Shown here piece after piece: positions 54,888 to 64,000 of a DNA stretch of 64,000 nucleotides. The DNA lies in assembly GCA_937148845.1 (NCBI GenBank), contig CAKZRW010000027.1, forward strand, positions 3,555 through 67,554, in the 5' to 3' direction. A model generated the notes under the pieces. That model made no database searches. It worked only from the letters and a program-made list of their open reading frames with translations, and had not been told where the DNA came from. The DNA comes from an uncultured Actinomycetes bacterium (GTDB taxonomy: Bacteria > Actinomycetota > Thermoleophilia > RBG-16-64-13). A program made the position numbers and the translations under genes. Within the stretch, counting starts at the first letter, position 1. Each line of letters opens with the position of its first letter.

Positions 54888-57800
54888 TTGGTAGGTCAGG
54901 GTGAGGGCGCTGCGCAGACGTCTGGCGGCGTAACGGGGGCTGTGCGCGACCGGCTAAAAGCCGGTCTGGCACGTAGCCGACGGCAAGGTCCGACTGGACT
55001 TTTCACCCGCCTTTCTCGCACGGGTAGAGTCTTGGCAGCTGGCGCGGTACTGGTGGCCACCGTCTTTCTCACCATATGGGTAGGCGCTCTCTCAGCCCCT
55101 GCGAGTGCGCTTGAGCGATCCGCCCCTGTACTCTCCGCCTGCGAAGTAGATTACCCGCCTTTCTGCTTTGTGGATGGTCAGGGCAAGCCAGCCGGCTTCT
55201 CAGTGGAACTCCTGCGGGCCGCTCTGGAGAGAGTGGGCCTCGAGGTGACTTTCCGCACGGGCGTATGGGCTGAAGTCAAGGATTGGCTCGCTCAAGGCCA
55301 GGTTCAGGTCCTGCCCTTGGTAGGCCGCACCCCGGAACGGGAGGAGTTGTTCGACTTCACCGTCCCCTATCTGACCATGCATGGCGCGATCGTTGTTCGG
55401 CAGCAGGACTCGGCTGTAAAGACACTAGCCGACCTGCAGGGGAAGCGGGTGGCGGTGATGCAGGGCGACAACGCCGAGGAGTTCCTACGGCGAGAGGACC
55501 GCGCGTTCCCGATCTACACCACACCCACCTTCTCCGAGGCTCTTCGTGGCTTGGCGGCCGGCCACTACGACGCCGTAGTGATTCAACGGCTGGTGGCTCT
55601 GCGACTGATCGAAGAGCTGAAGTTGACCGGTCTGAGAGTCGTGGAGCGACCGATCGAGGGTTTCAGCCAGGATTTCTGCTTTGCCGTGAGGGAGGATGAC
55701 CAGGAACTGCTGGGGGCGCTTAACGAGGGTCTGGCACTGGTCTTTGCCGATGGTACCTATCGGCGTCTTCATGCCAAGTGGTTTGCGGCGCTTGAGCTTC
55801 CTGCCGCAAGGCGCATTGTGGTGGGTGGGGACGAGGCGCACGCACCCTTCGAGTTCATTGACGACAAGGGCCGACCGGCGGGGTACAACGTCGATCTGGT
55901 CTGGGCCGTGGCGAGAGAGATGGGCCTGGACGTGGAGATCCGCTTGGGGCCCTGGGCCGACATGCGAGCGGGGCTTGCCCGGGGCGACATAGATGTCCTG
56001 GAGGGGATGCTCTATTCGCCGGAGCGTGACCAGGTCTTTGACTTCAGTCAGCCTCACACTGTCAACTACTACGTCAGCGCGGTGCGCAAAGGGAGTGGTC
56101 CTCCCCCCGAGTCGCTGGCCGACCTCGAAGGCAAGACCATAGTGGTGCAGGCCGGGGACATGGCTCACGACTTCCTGCTCAAGGAAGGGCTCGGGGACCG
56201 GCTGACCACTGTCAAGTCGCAGGGCGAGGCGCTTGCGGCAGTGGCAGAGGGCCGTTATGACTGCACGCTGGTGTCCCGCATCCCTGCCCGGTACGAGATG
56301 GAGAAGCAGGGTCTTGCTGACAAGCTCCAGCTGGGGAAGAACTCCTTCTTCACCGCCGACTATTGCTTTGCAGTGCGGGAGGGAGAGACGGCTCTCCTTG
56401 CCGCCTTTGCCGAGGGTCTCCGTCTTATCAAGGAAAGCGGCGAGTATCACGAGATCTACCAGCGTTGGCTGGGTGTCTACGAGGAGCCCAAGACTTCTGC
56501 TGCCACCGTTCTGCGCTACGTGGCCTACGTGGTAGGGCCTTTGATGGTGTTGTTGGTAGTAGCGGGTCTCTGGACCTGGTCTCTACGTCGTCAGATAGCC
56601 AAGCGGACGGAGGACCTGCAGCTGGTCGAGATCGGTGTGGACAACATTGGCGACCTTCTCATGTGGGTGGATCGGACGGGCCGGTTCGTCAAGGTCAATC
56701 AAGAACTGTGTCGTCGTCTGGGCTACAGCCGCGAGGAGCTGCTCACCATGAGGGTGCCCGACATCGATGTCGATCCCCCTTGGAGTTCCTGGGAGGAGCA
56801 TTGGCAGGAACTGAAGGAGCACGGCACATTACGTTTCGAGACCAGGCACCGTACCAAGGGGGGAGAGGTGTACCCGGTCGAGCTCACCATCACCTATTTT
56901 GAGTACGGTGGTCGCGAGCTCAACGTGACCTTCGGCCGCGATATCAGCGAACGCAAACGCATGGAGCAGGAGCGGGAGATCACCACCCAGGCCATCGAGC
57001 AGATCAGCGTAGGGATGATGCGCGTGGACCGGGAGGGGCGGATACTCGATGTGAACAACCACATGTGCCGCATGCTCGGCTATTCGCGAGACGAACTGCT
57101 AGCGCTCCGGGTTTGGGATGTGGCGATCGAGAATACGCCCGAGGACTGGCCGGCGCGGTGGGAGTTCCTGGGCAGTCAGGAGTCACTCACCTTCGAGCGG
57201 CTTTTCCGCACCAAGGCGGGCGACTTAGTGACTATGGAGGTAACGGCTAGCATCGTCGAGTTCGAAGGGGAAGAGTTCAATCACGCCCTCATCCGCGACA
57301 TCAGCGAACGCAAGCGGGTCGAGGCTGTCCTAAGGGAGCGTGACGAGCAGTTGCGCCAGGCCCAGAAGATGGAAGCCGTGGGCCGACTGGCGGGCGGGAT
57401 CGCGCACGACTTCAACAACCTGCTCACGGCCATCATCGGTTACAGCGACCTCATCCTCGCTGATCCCCGCTTCGCCGACACCCCCTGGTATGACGACCTC
57501 TGCGAAATCAAGAAGGCGGCGGAGCGCGCTGGAGGGCTCACCCAGCAGATCCTGGCCTTCTCGCGCAAACAATTGCTCCAACCCCAGGTGGTCGCGATCA
57601 ACGAGCTCGTGGGGGAGACGCTGCCGCTCTTGCGGCGCACCTTGGGGGAGGACATAGAGCTCGTGGCTGAACTTCATCCCGAAGGCGGCATGGTGGAGGT
57701 CGACCCTCACCAGTTCACGCAGGTGCTGATGAATCTGGCAGTCAATGCCAGGGATGCCATGCCGCTGGGGGGAAGACTGGTCTTTGCCACTACCAACGTG

Positions 57801-58508
57801 CGTATAACCGATCCGACCCAAGTCGGCGACCCAGACTTGAAGCCGGGTGAGTATGTGCGTCTGACCGTGTCGGACACCGGCATCGGAATGGACGCAGAGA
57901 CGCTCTCTCACGTCTTCGAGCCATTCTTCACTACTAAGGCTCCTGGGCAGGGTACCGGGTTGGGTCTGCCCACGGCTTATGGCATCGTCAAACAGAGTGG
58001 GGGAACCATCGTGGTACACAGCACGCCTGGTGAGGGGAGCACTTTCGCGGTCTACCTGCCGCACGCGGAGACCAAGGCTGTGTCGGAGGAAGAGGCGCCG
58101 ATTCTGGCCAAAGCGAACCCCGATAGCCATACGATACTGTTGGTGGAGGATGAGGAATCTGTGCGTGGTCTGGTCGAGCGGATGCTCGTCAGCATGGGGC
58201 ACACCGTCTTGAGTGCAGGGTCGGGGGGCGAAGCGCTCAGACTATTTGAGGAGCATCCCGAGGTGGACCTTGTAGTGACAGATGTGGTACTTCCTGGGGG
58301 TATGAATGGGAGCGATCTAGCCCAGATCGTGCGCCAGAGGGCCCCTGAGGTGCCGGTGCTTCTGGTCTCTGGGTACCCCTTGAACGTCGACCTCGACCAG
58401 AAGCTGGGGCAGTCTGAGCTCTTCTACCTGGAGAAGCCGTTTACCGCTGAGGAGCTCGCCGCCAAGATAGAGGCGATGCTCACCGCTCGCCGAAACCAGG
58501 AGACGTGA
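54888..58508 (+). CDS. Hybrid sensor histidine kinase: signal/TM, two periplasmic solute-binding (SBP_bac_3-like) domains, TM, 2 PAS, HisKA, HATPase, receiver
   Basis: Duplicated SBP-like segments (..[20 protein letters not shown].. and ..[22 protein letters not shown]..); PAS segments; H-box (IAHDFNNLL), N/G boxes and a C-terminal REC ([11 protein letters not shown]...DVVLPG). TTG start after GGGAGAG. Confidence 0.8.
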   Translation: MVGQGEGAAQTSGGVTGAVRDRLKAGLARSRRQGPTGLFTRLSRTGRVLAAGAVLVATVFLTIWVGALSAPASALERSAPVLSACEVDYPPFCFVDGQGKPAGFSVELLRAALERVGLEVTFRTGVWAEVKDWLAQGQVQVLPLVGRTPEREELFDFTVPYLTMHGAIVVRQQDSAVKTLADLQGKRVAVMQGDNAEEFLRREDRAFPIYTTPTFSEALRGLAAGHYDAVVIQRLVALRLIEELKLTGLRVVERPIEGFSQDFCFAVREDDQELLGALNEGLALVFADGTYRRLHAKWFAALELPAARRIVVGGDEAHAPFEFIDDKGRPAGYNVDLVWAVAREMGLDVEIRLGPWADMRAGLARGDIDVLEGMLYSPERDQVFDFSQPHTVNYYVSAVRKGSGPPPESLADLEGKTIVVQAGDMAHDFLLKEGLGDRLTTVKSQGEALAAVAEGRYDCTLVSRIPARYEMEKQGLADKLQLGKNSFFTADYCFAVREGETALLAAFAEGLRLIKESGEYHEIYQRWLGVYEEPKTSAATVLRYVAYVVGPLMVLLVVAGLWTWSLRRQIAKRTEDLQLVEIGVDNIGDLLMWVDRTGRFVKVNQELCRRLGYSREELLTMRVPDIDVDPPWSSWEEHWQELKEHGTLRFETRHRTKGGEVYPVELTITYFEYGGRELNVTFGRDISERKRMEQEREITTQAIEQISVGMMRVDREGRILDVNNHMCRMLGYSRDELLALRVWDVAIENTPEDWPARWEFLGSQESLTFERLFRTKAGDLVTMEVTASIVEFEGEEFNHALIRDISERKRVEAVLRERDEQLRQAQKMEAVGRLAGGIAHDFNNLLTAIIGYSDLILADPRFADTPWYDDLCEIKKAAERAGGLTQQILAFSRKQLLQPQVVAINELVGETLPLLRRTLGEDIELVAELHPEGGMVEVDPHQFTQVLMNLAVNARDAMPLGGRLVFATTNVRITDPTQVGDPDLKPGEYVRLTVSDTGIGMDAETLSHVFEPFFTTKAPGQGTGLGLPTAYGIVKQSGGTIVVHSTPGEGSTFAVYLPHAETKAVSEEEAPILAKANPDSHTILLVEDEESVRGLVERMLVSMGHTVLSAGSGGEALRLFEEHPEVDLVVTDVVLPGGMNGSDLAQIVRQRAPEVPVLLVSGYPLNVDLDQKLGQSELFYLEKPFTAEELAAKIEAMLTARRNQET

Positions 58509-58541
58509 CGAGAAGGTAGCGCGGAATCGCTGTCTCTCCGG

Positions 58542-58955
58542 TCAGCGTCGGTACTCGGCCTTCACCGCCACGACGGGGCACTCGGCACTCAGCAGGATAT
58601 CCTGGGCATCGCTTCCGACCAGGAGTTTGCCGGTCCGAGATCGCCGCCGCAGGCCGATGACGATCATGTCGGCGTCTTCCTCTTTCACCACTTCGTTCAG
58701 GTCCTCAGCCGGGGTCAGGCCTCTGATGAGGCGCCTGGTCTTGTGCGGAATACCTTCGTTGGTAAGGCGCTGCTCGATTCCATCGAGCTCCTGGCGGTAA
58801 GTGAGGATCTCTTCCTCTTCCTCCTCCCAACTGCCGCCGCCCCTGATCGAGTGGACTATGATCACCTCCGCCCCCGAGCGTCGGGATTCCGCTACGGCCC
58901 ACTCCAGGGCCGCCTTGCCCTCGGGAGTGATCACGTATCCCACGACGAGTTTCAT
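58542..58955 (-). CDS. Universal stress protein (UspA family)
   Basis: 137-aa ORF with a USP-like alpha/beta pattern (MKLVVGYVITPEGKAALEWAV..., GSDAQDILLSAECPVVAV). Confidence 0.75.
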   Translation of the reverse strand: MKLVVGYVITPEGKAALEWAVAESRRSGAEVIIVHSIRGGGSWEEEEEEILTYRQELDGIEQRLTNEGIPHKTRRLIRGLTPAEDLNEVVKEEDADMIVIGLRRRSRTGKLLVGSDAQDILLSAECPVVAVKAEYRR

Positions 58956-59009
58956 GACGCCCGCCTTTCAAGAAAGGTCTGGGTTTTCACCGTCTGTTCG
59001 TCGGCCGGT

Positions 59010-59603
59010 TCACGCCGGCATCTCGAAATCGGCCCAGGTCCCGCAGCGATGGCGGTATTCGAAGTGCTTGTCATAGTCGGCCCAGTTCCAGGAAGAAGCA
59101 TGGGCGGCTCGCACGTTCCTCAAGAAAGGAAGGGTCACGTTCTCCAGACGCACAGGCCGACCGTCCGGGCCTTGGGTCAGGCGCATGGTCATCTCGCCGG
59201 CGGGCATGCTCACCTGGATCGTGTTTTCTGTCTCCTCGACCGTGATCGGTACATAGTGGACGCCTAACACCTTACGCATCAGTACACCACCCAGAGAGCG
59301 TAAGACCACTTGGTCGAGAAGGGCACGCTGTTCTGGGGAGGCAGTATCGGAGACATAGACCGCGCCTTCGGATCCCTTTGCGACTACCTCGGCATAGGTG
59401 GAGTGAGGGAGATCGCCCACGTACACAGCCGTCACTCCCGAAAGGTCGACCTCGTCGACTACACCCTCTACGATCCGAAAGACCATGAAATACCGGCAGC
59501 CGCCCTCCTTGTCACGGCCGAAGTAGTAGGGGCAATGACCTTCGGACGCGCATGTCTCGTAGTACATGCCTCTAAGCTGTCCCGGTGCCGGGGAGGTCTC
59601 CAT
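59010..59603 (-). CDS. Cys-rich hypothetical protein (possibly DUF1326-like)
   Basis: YYETCASEGHCPYYFGRDKEGGC N-terminal Cys/His cluster. Start at the METSP ATG after AAAGGGGGTG. The family name is tentative. Confidence 0.45.
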   Translation of the reverse strand: METSPAPGQLRGMYYETCASEGHCPYYFGRDKEGGCRYFMVFRIVEGVVDEVDLSGVTAVYVGDLPHSTYAEVVAKGSEGAVYVSDTASPEQRALLDQVVLRSLGGVLMRKVLGVHYVPITVEETENTIQVSMPAGEMTMRLTQGPDGRPVRLENVTLPFLRNVRAAHASSWNWADYDKHFEYRHRCGTWADFEMPA

Positions 59604-59637
59604 AGCCACACCCCCTTTGTTCGCTCGCCCCAACGGC

Positions 59638-60447
59638 TCACCAATCCGAGAAGTTGGTGTTGTACCAGATCTTATCGGTGCCTTTCTTGGCCCGCTTCTG
59701 CCAATCCTTGGCCTTGGGTTCGGCTTCTATGCGAGCGAGCAGCTCGTCACAGCGCTGCTTCACGAAGGCCTTCTGGGCCTCGTCCAGGGCGGGCACCTGG
59801 TCGACATGGGTCTTCGCGCGTTCCAAGTTGGTGGTAGCTGTATACCAAAAGCCCCAGTCGTAGCTCAGGCGCTTGGCGACATAGCTGCGGTTGATCTTCT
59901 TGTGCTCATCGTCTCCGATCTCGGCGACTGTCAAGAGGAACTCGAGGTCTTTGAGATCCTTGTCGTTGATCTCCCATATCTGCAGTTTCTGGAGCATTAT
60001 GTCGGTGAGCGAGATGCAGTAGTCGTCGAACTCCAGGCGGTCTTTGAAGCTCACTTCGTGACAGTAGTCGAGCTTGTCCAAGAAGATGTCGATCATGGGG
60101 ACAGCCCCGCCGTAGTAGATCTGGCGGGTCTTGCCCGTCATCATCAGGGTGTCGAGGTCACACTCGTAGCCCAACTTCTCCATGAGGCCTTTGAGCTTGC
60201 CCCCACTCTTACCGTAAGCGGCAAAGTCAATGTCGGTGAAGTAGCGTTCGCCGAGGCGCTCCAGTCGCGCGTAGAACTCCACGTGTTCCGGGAAGTGGTA
60301 GTGCAAGGCGAGCGGGCCCATCACCCGCATGACGATGCCGGCTGCGCGGGCGGCGTCTACGATGCGCCTTCCCTCGCTCAAGAAGACCTCCGGCTTGGGA
60401 TACTGGTCGAGCGGGATGTCCTTGGGCAGTATGAAGGGCTTAGCCAC
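59638..60447 (-). CDS. Hypothetical protein (K/D/E/Y-rich, compositionally unlike its neighbours)
   Basis: 269-aa ORF. A possible nucleotidyltransferase-like G..(x27)..TDIDF segment is not convincing. Confidence 0.45.
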   Translation of the reverse strand: MAKPFILPKDIPLDQYPKPEVFLSEGRRIVDAARAAGIVMRVMGPLALHYHFPEHVEFYARLERLGERYFTDIDFAAYGKSGGKLKGLMEKLGYECDLDTLMMTGKTRQIYYGGAVPMIDIFLDKLDYCHEVSFKDRLEFDDYCISLTDIMLQKLQIWEINDKDLKDLEFLLTVAEIGDDEHKKINRSYVAKRLSYDWGFWYTATTNLERAKTHVDQVPALDEAQKAFVKQRCDELLARIEAEPKAKDWQKRAKKGTDKIWYNTNFSDW

Positions 60448-60458
60448 GGGACCTCCTC

Positions 60459-61403
60459 TCAGCCCGAGGTGAAGACATAGTCCTTGACCTTCTTCTTGTC
60501 GAGCATGACCACCACACCCTTGAGGATGCCTTCAGAATACTCGCTCCCAGGGTTGATGATCAGAGTACGGCCTACCTTCTGGGCCCCGCGCGACTCGTGG
60601 ATGTGGCCATGCAGCCCCAGAAGGGGCTGGTATTTCTCGATCACTTGCTTGGCACCCAGGCTACCCGCGTGAATCTTCTCCTCGGCTGCCATGCGCATCT
60701 GGGCGTCGAGCTTGGGACAGAGGTCTAGGGCATACCCGTAAGGGGGCACGTGGAAATTGAAGATGGCGTTTTCGAAGTCCTTTGGCGAGTCTCCGATCCG
60801 TCGGCACAAGCTGTCCAGATAAGCGGTCAACTCGTCCTCGGGGCCCTCGCGGGGGGTATCCCAAGGAGTAGGGTTCGAGCGAGAGGATGAAACCATGACG
60901 TAGCCGTCGAACTCGACGACCTGGTCGTCGCAGGGAAGGAGCGTCTGCGATCGGGCGATCATGTCGTCGATCTCCCACCAGTCATCATTGCCTGGGCAGA
61001 CAAAAACTTTGGTGGGTCTGCCGGCCAAACGCTCGTCAGCTAACTGCAGCCACTCCTCGATCCTCTGCAGGGCACGTTGCTTGAACAAGGCGTCGATAGC
61101 AGCGGGGTCGTCCTTGATAGCCTCGTACTCTTCGCGGGTCTGCTCTACCCAGTAGTACCCGGCGTTCTCGATGGTCTTCTTGACGGCGGCCAGTTCCTCG
61201 GGGGTCTTCATCTCGGTGTACTGGCCCATCAGGTGACATTCGCGGCCACCGCCCGGTTTCTCGACTAGGGGGACCAGTACTTTGCCGAGCAGATCACCGT
61301 TCAGGATAGCGACGTCGACACCATAGATGGGGAGGGCGTTCAGGAACTTGCGATAGCAGACGTTGGAGCCGTGGATGTCGGTGACGTAGAACAGTTTGAG
61401 CAA
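60459..61403 (-). CDS. Metallophosphoesterase (calcineurin-like phosphoesterase)
   Basis: YVTDIHG, GDLLGK, GNDD and GHIHE motifs. Confidence 0.75.
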   Translation of the reverse strand: MLKLFYVTDIHGSNVCYRKFLNALPIYGVDVAILNGDLLGKVLVPLVEKPGGGRECHLMGQYTEMKTPEELAAVKKTIENAGYYWVEQTREEYEAIKDDPAAIDALFKQRALQRIEEWLQLADERLAGRPTKVFVCPGNDDWWEIDDMIARSQTLLPCDDQVVEFDGYVMVSSSRSNPTPWDTPREGPEDELTAYLDSLCRRIGDSPKDFENAIFNFHVPPYGYALDLCPKLDAQMRMAAEEKIHAGSLGAKQVIEKYQPLLGLHGHIHESRGAQKVGRTLIINPGSEYSEGILKGVVVMLDKKKVKDYVFTSG

Positions 61404-61465
61404 CTATCACTCCTCTCCAGAGCGCACGCCTATGCTGGAGGCGGCCTAGACTACCTTGTTGGTCT

Positions 61466-61508
61466 GGGCGGGGCCGCGAGACCCGAAGCAGGTCTCGCGG
61501 CCCCGCCC
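61466..61508 (-). terminator. Perfect 18-bp GC-rich hairpin with a 7-nt loop, 3' of the APC permease gene
   Basis: gggcggggccgcgagacc cgaagca ggtctcgcggccccgccc. No U-tract follows. Confidence 0.5.
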
Positions 61509-61597
61509 CCCACGGCCCCAGTCCCCTGAGTGGACTACGACCAGCCAAGTCCGTCACTCAGCCGGCCGGACTACCCGGAACCGGCCGGACTACCTGA

Positions 61598-63244
61598 TCA
61601 TTCAGGCGGCAGTTCACCGGTAAGCATAGCAGTACTGATGCCCGCTGTGCGTCTTGCCCGCCAGGACCAGAACGCGTACCACAGAAGACCTGCAGCCCAG
61701 GTACCGAGTATCAGCATGCCGGTAGCAAGAGTGAACTCCTCCAACTTGGTCTCCTGGAAGAAGAAGAACACCGCCAGGATGGCGAGGTAGGCCAGGTTGA
61801 CGATGGCGCCTAGAGTGACGACAGGGATGCCCAACAGTTTCCACTTCCGATAGGGGGAGGCTTCCCAGATGCCCCGCGCGCGCGGAGAGAAGGGGAAGAT
61901 GGCAGCGGCGATGGCTGTCACCCCGAACACGGAGAAGATCTCAAGCGCCGTCACAGAAAGACCCTGTTCCTGGAAGGGCAGGTAGAAACAGTAGACGGCG
62001 ATGAGTATCTCGGCCAACACGAAACAGAGGAGGTAGTTCTTCACGGGCGAGGCGAAGCGCGGGTTTACATCGGTGAACCACTTGGGCCCCATGCGGTCCA
62101 TGCCCCAAGCAAAGATGATGCGAGGGAAGGCCAGGTAGGACAGCGCCACCCACCACAGCGTGAACAGCAAGAAAGAGAACGCCATCAAGAAGAGGATCAC
62201 CGGATTCTGGTTGACCACGGCAGCCAAACCCACGAAATGGGGACTCCAGGGCAGGGTGTAGCCGGCGATGGCGTCGGTCCCGTTGTTATCCAACCAGGCA
62301 GTGGCGGACAAGAAGTCGAAGTCGACCAACGTGTACAGACCGACAGCTGTCAGAATCATGAATACCCCTGGCAAGAGGATGGCGAAGAGATTGGCCAGGA
62401 TTATGCTCTTGTCGGGCCGCTTGACCTCGCCGGCTATGAACGTGATGCAGTAGGAGTAGGCGAAGAGCCACGAACCGGCCACCATCACGCCGAAGGTGTC
62501 ATACCAGTTCCAGGTAGTGGGCATGTCCTTGCCGGCAGCCTCGCTTACAGCGGCGATGAAGTCGTGGTACTCGAGAGAACCGTGCTGAGCCGCCAGGGCG
62601 TTCCAGGAGGCGATGAAATCGTCTTTGCCGTAGGCGAGCAGCACGACTACGATGATGGCTGCCCCCAGAAGACCTAGTCCCATGACCACCTTCTGCACCC
62701 GCGCGAAGATCTTCACCCCGAAGACCACGAAGAAGAAGGCGATTATGCTGGTGATAGTGGCGATGACGAAAGTACCCCAGTTGTAGGGCAGAACGCTGAA
62801 GAACTGGTTGGTGTCCGCATTGTACAGCCACTTCCAACCAAGAAAATCGGCGAGCATCACGCACCCGGGATCCGCCATCCACGGGGCCAACACGTAGATC
62901 CACATCAACCAGATGAACGCGTTACCGAAGGATTCCCCGATCCCTATCAGTGGGTGGATGATGCGCGAGTTATAGATGTACTCACCTCCAGAGCGGGGCA
63001 TCGACCCGCCTAGGATCCCCCAGACCAGAGGGAAGCCGATGCCGGCCAGCACCACGGAGATGACCGTTGCGATGATGAGGTTGCCGCCCAGGTAGACTCC
63101 CAGGCCGAGGCTTATCATCACCCAGATGCTCGGCGTCAGCCCTTGGTTCATGAAGCCCACACCGAAGGCATCCCACAAGCTGAGGCCACGCACGAGGCCG
63201 CTGGCCTTGCGCGCGAAGGTTATCTCCCCTTGTGCTGCCATCAC
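61598..63244 (-). CDS. APC-superfamily amino acid/polyamine permease
   Basis: 548-aa polytopic membrane protein with an APC-like N-terminal region (GLSLWDAFGVGFMNQGL...GGSMPRSGGEYIY). Confidence 0.75.
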   Translation of the reverse strand: MMAAQGEITFARKASGLVRGLSLWDAFGVGFMNQGLTPSIWVMISLGLGVYLGGNLIIATVISVVLAGIGFPLVWGILGGSMPRSGGEYIYNSRIIHPLIGIGESFGNAFIWLMWIYVLAPWMADPGCVMLADFLGWKWLYNADTNQFFSVLPYNWGTFVIATITSIIAFFFVVFGVKIFARVQKVVMGLGLLGAAIIVVVLLAYGKDDFIASWNALAAQHGSLEYHDFIAAVSEAAGKDMPTTWNWYDTFGVMVAGSWLFAYSYCITFIAGEVKRPDKSIILANLFAILLPGVFMILTAVGLYTLVDFDFLSATAWLDNNGTDAIAGYTLPWSPHFVGLAAVVNQNPVILFLMAFSFLLFTLWWVALSYLAFPRIIFAWGMDRMGPKWFTDVNPRFASPVKNYLLCFVLAEILIAVYCFYLPFQEQGLSVTALEIFSVFGVTAIAAAIFPFSPRARGIWEASPYRKWKLLGIPVVTLGAIVNLAYLAILAVFFFFQETKLEEFTLATGMLILGTWAAGLLWYAFWSWRARRTAGISTAMLTGELPPE

Positions 63245-64000
63245 GCCTCCCTTCCTGATCCCTTTCGCTTCATTCCCTTTCGGCCCAAGAGAGGGCCTGA
63301 CCGGTCGCAGTCAACCCCTCGGCCAATGTGAGCAGACGCGGTCCCATTTGTCAACGCGCTTGTTTCCAGCGAGAGGGCTGCGAGGGCGGGACCAGTTGTG
63401 AGCCGCCCTCCTCGGTCGAGATGATGGATCGTTCCTCTCCATACCACCTTGCGCCCGCACAGACCGGCACACCAGACCAGACCGCTCAGGCAGTCGCGCA
63501 GAGGCAGCCAGGCCAGCCAGCGCCGGAGGGGACGGTTGTCGGTGAACCCGGTCACCAGCCAGGCGGTGGCCCACCGTACCGCCAATGCTCCCGCGATCGC
63601 GCTCCAGCCCCAGGCTCCCCTGGGGTCCAAAGGCAGGAGCACCAAGGCTAGGGGCAGCGGCAGCGTCAGTAAAATCCCGGGATACTCCCGCGGTCGATTC
63701 ACCCGGTTGGTGCGGGCCCAACGGACCTCGCGGTCCCACTGTTCGCGCCAGGTCGTGGTACCCAGGTAGCAGTCGGCGATGTACCGGGAAAGGACCACCT
63801 CAAGTCCAGCGGCCCTTATGCGACGAGCGAGGTGGGTGTCTTCGGCTAGGCGGTCGCCCACGGGTCCCCAGCCCCCTATGCGCTCCAGGTCGGCCTTGCG
63901 TAAAGCGATAGTGGCGCCGAGAGCGAAATGCATAGCAAGAAACCTTCGAGCTACCACGACCTGGGGCAGGAAAGTCACCCCCATGTACAAGGCCTCCAGT
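63241..64000 (-). CDS. Glycosyltransferase family 2-like membrane protein; partial, 5' end beyond the right edge
   Basis: C-terminal half of a GT2/GT21-like protein (..GGWGPVGDRLAEDTHLARRIRAAGLEV.., WLPLRDCLSGLVWCAGLCGRKVVWRG). Its stop overlaps the permease start. Confidence 0.45.
   Translation of the reverse strand, partial: LEALYMGVTFLPQVVVARRFLAMHFALGATIALRKADLERIGGWGPVGDRLAEDTHLARRIRAAGLEVVLSRYIADCYLGTTTWREQWDREVRWARTNRVNRPREYPGILLTLPLPLALVLLPLDPRGAWGWSAIAGALAVRWATAWLVTGFTDNRPLRRWLAWLPLRDCLSGLVWCAGLCGRKVVWRGTIHHLDRGGRLTTGPALAALSLETSALTNGTASAHIGRGVDCDRSGPLLGRKGMKRKGSGREA

Noticed and set aside
55485-58202. Minus-strand ORFs of 321 and 290 aa inside the histidine kinase region
   Set aside because: Antisense to a kinase with a contiguous, correctly ordered domain architecture.
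1-64000. CRISPR arrays, IS elements or transposases, integrases, rRNA
   Set aside because: No regularly spaced direct repeats, no transposase- or integrase-like ORFs and no rRNA-like conserved stretches were seen. The only direct repeat is the 2-copy 30-nt element at 37404-37463.

Overview
This is a high-GC (about 65-68 %) bacterial chromosomal window with strong GGAGG-type ribosome-binding sites and dense coding on both strands. From the sequence alone the taxonomic guess is a high-GC Firmicute or Chloroflexi-like organism, and that is speculation. I found no rRNA, CRISPR array, IS element or prophage. Gene order, left to right: (i) a tungsten-type aldehyde:ferredoxin oxidoreductase translationally coupled to a cupin gene; (ii) an etfB-etfA-GlcD-GlcF-GlcE-like hydroxyacid dehydrogenase cluster with an SDR, a PrpD/MmgE protein and a membrane-anchored HdrD/DsrMK-like Fe-S protein, converging on a TRAP transporter (dctPQM) and an enolase-superfamily gene; (iii) an SDR/MarR/HIBADH/TetR regulatory patch; (iv) an accessory-looking module of duplicated genes (bicupin, 2x SnoaL/NTF2-like, 2x DUF169-like, MFS); (v) a secreted HExxH metalloprotease, a 100-aa ferritin-like protein, a GH3 glycosidase and a UPF0182 membrane protein; (vi) a TetR-associated locus with a UroD-family protein, a peptide-type ABC transporter (permeases, ATPases and a displaced SBP), two more cupin paralogs, an Fe-S aldo/keto reductase and an OYE/FadH-like reductase; (vii) CapA, glnS followed directly by tRNA-Gln(CUG), a hybrid sensor kinase with two periplasmic SBP domains, a USP, a three-gene module of poorly characterised proteins, an APC permease and a partial GT2. 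The most interesting signals are: a four-member metal-binding cupin paralog family spread across the window; a 30-bp AT-rich element that is nearly identical upstream of two promoters and forms part of a recurring TTAGTTAA/AATTAACTT motif in AT-rich islands; the tandem SnoaL/DUF169/MFS block; ATGCAT palindromes ahead of a TetR operon; and long perfect GC hairpins lacking U-tails, one of them between dctP and dctQ. Product names come from recognisable motifs and family resemblance in the translations. Everything involving databases, structures or expression is marked as inference.
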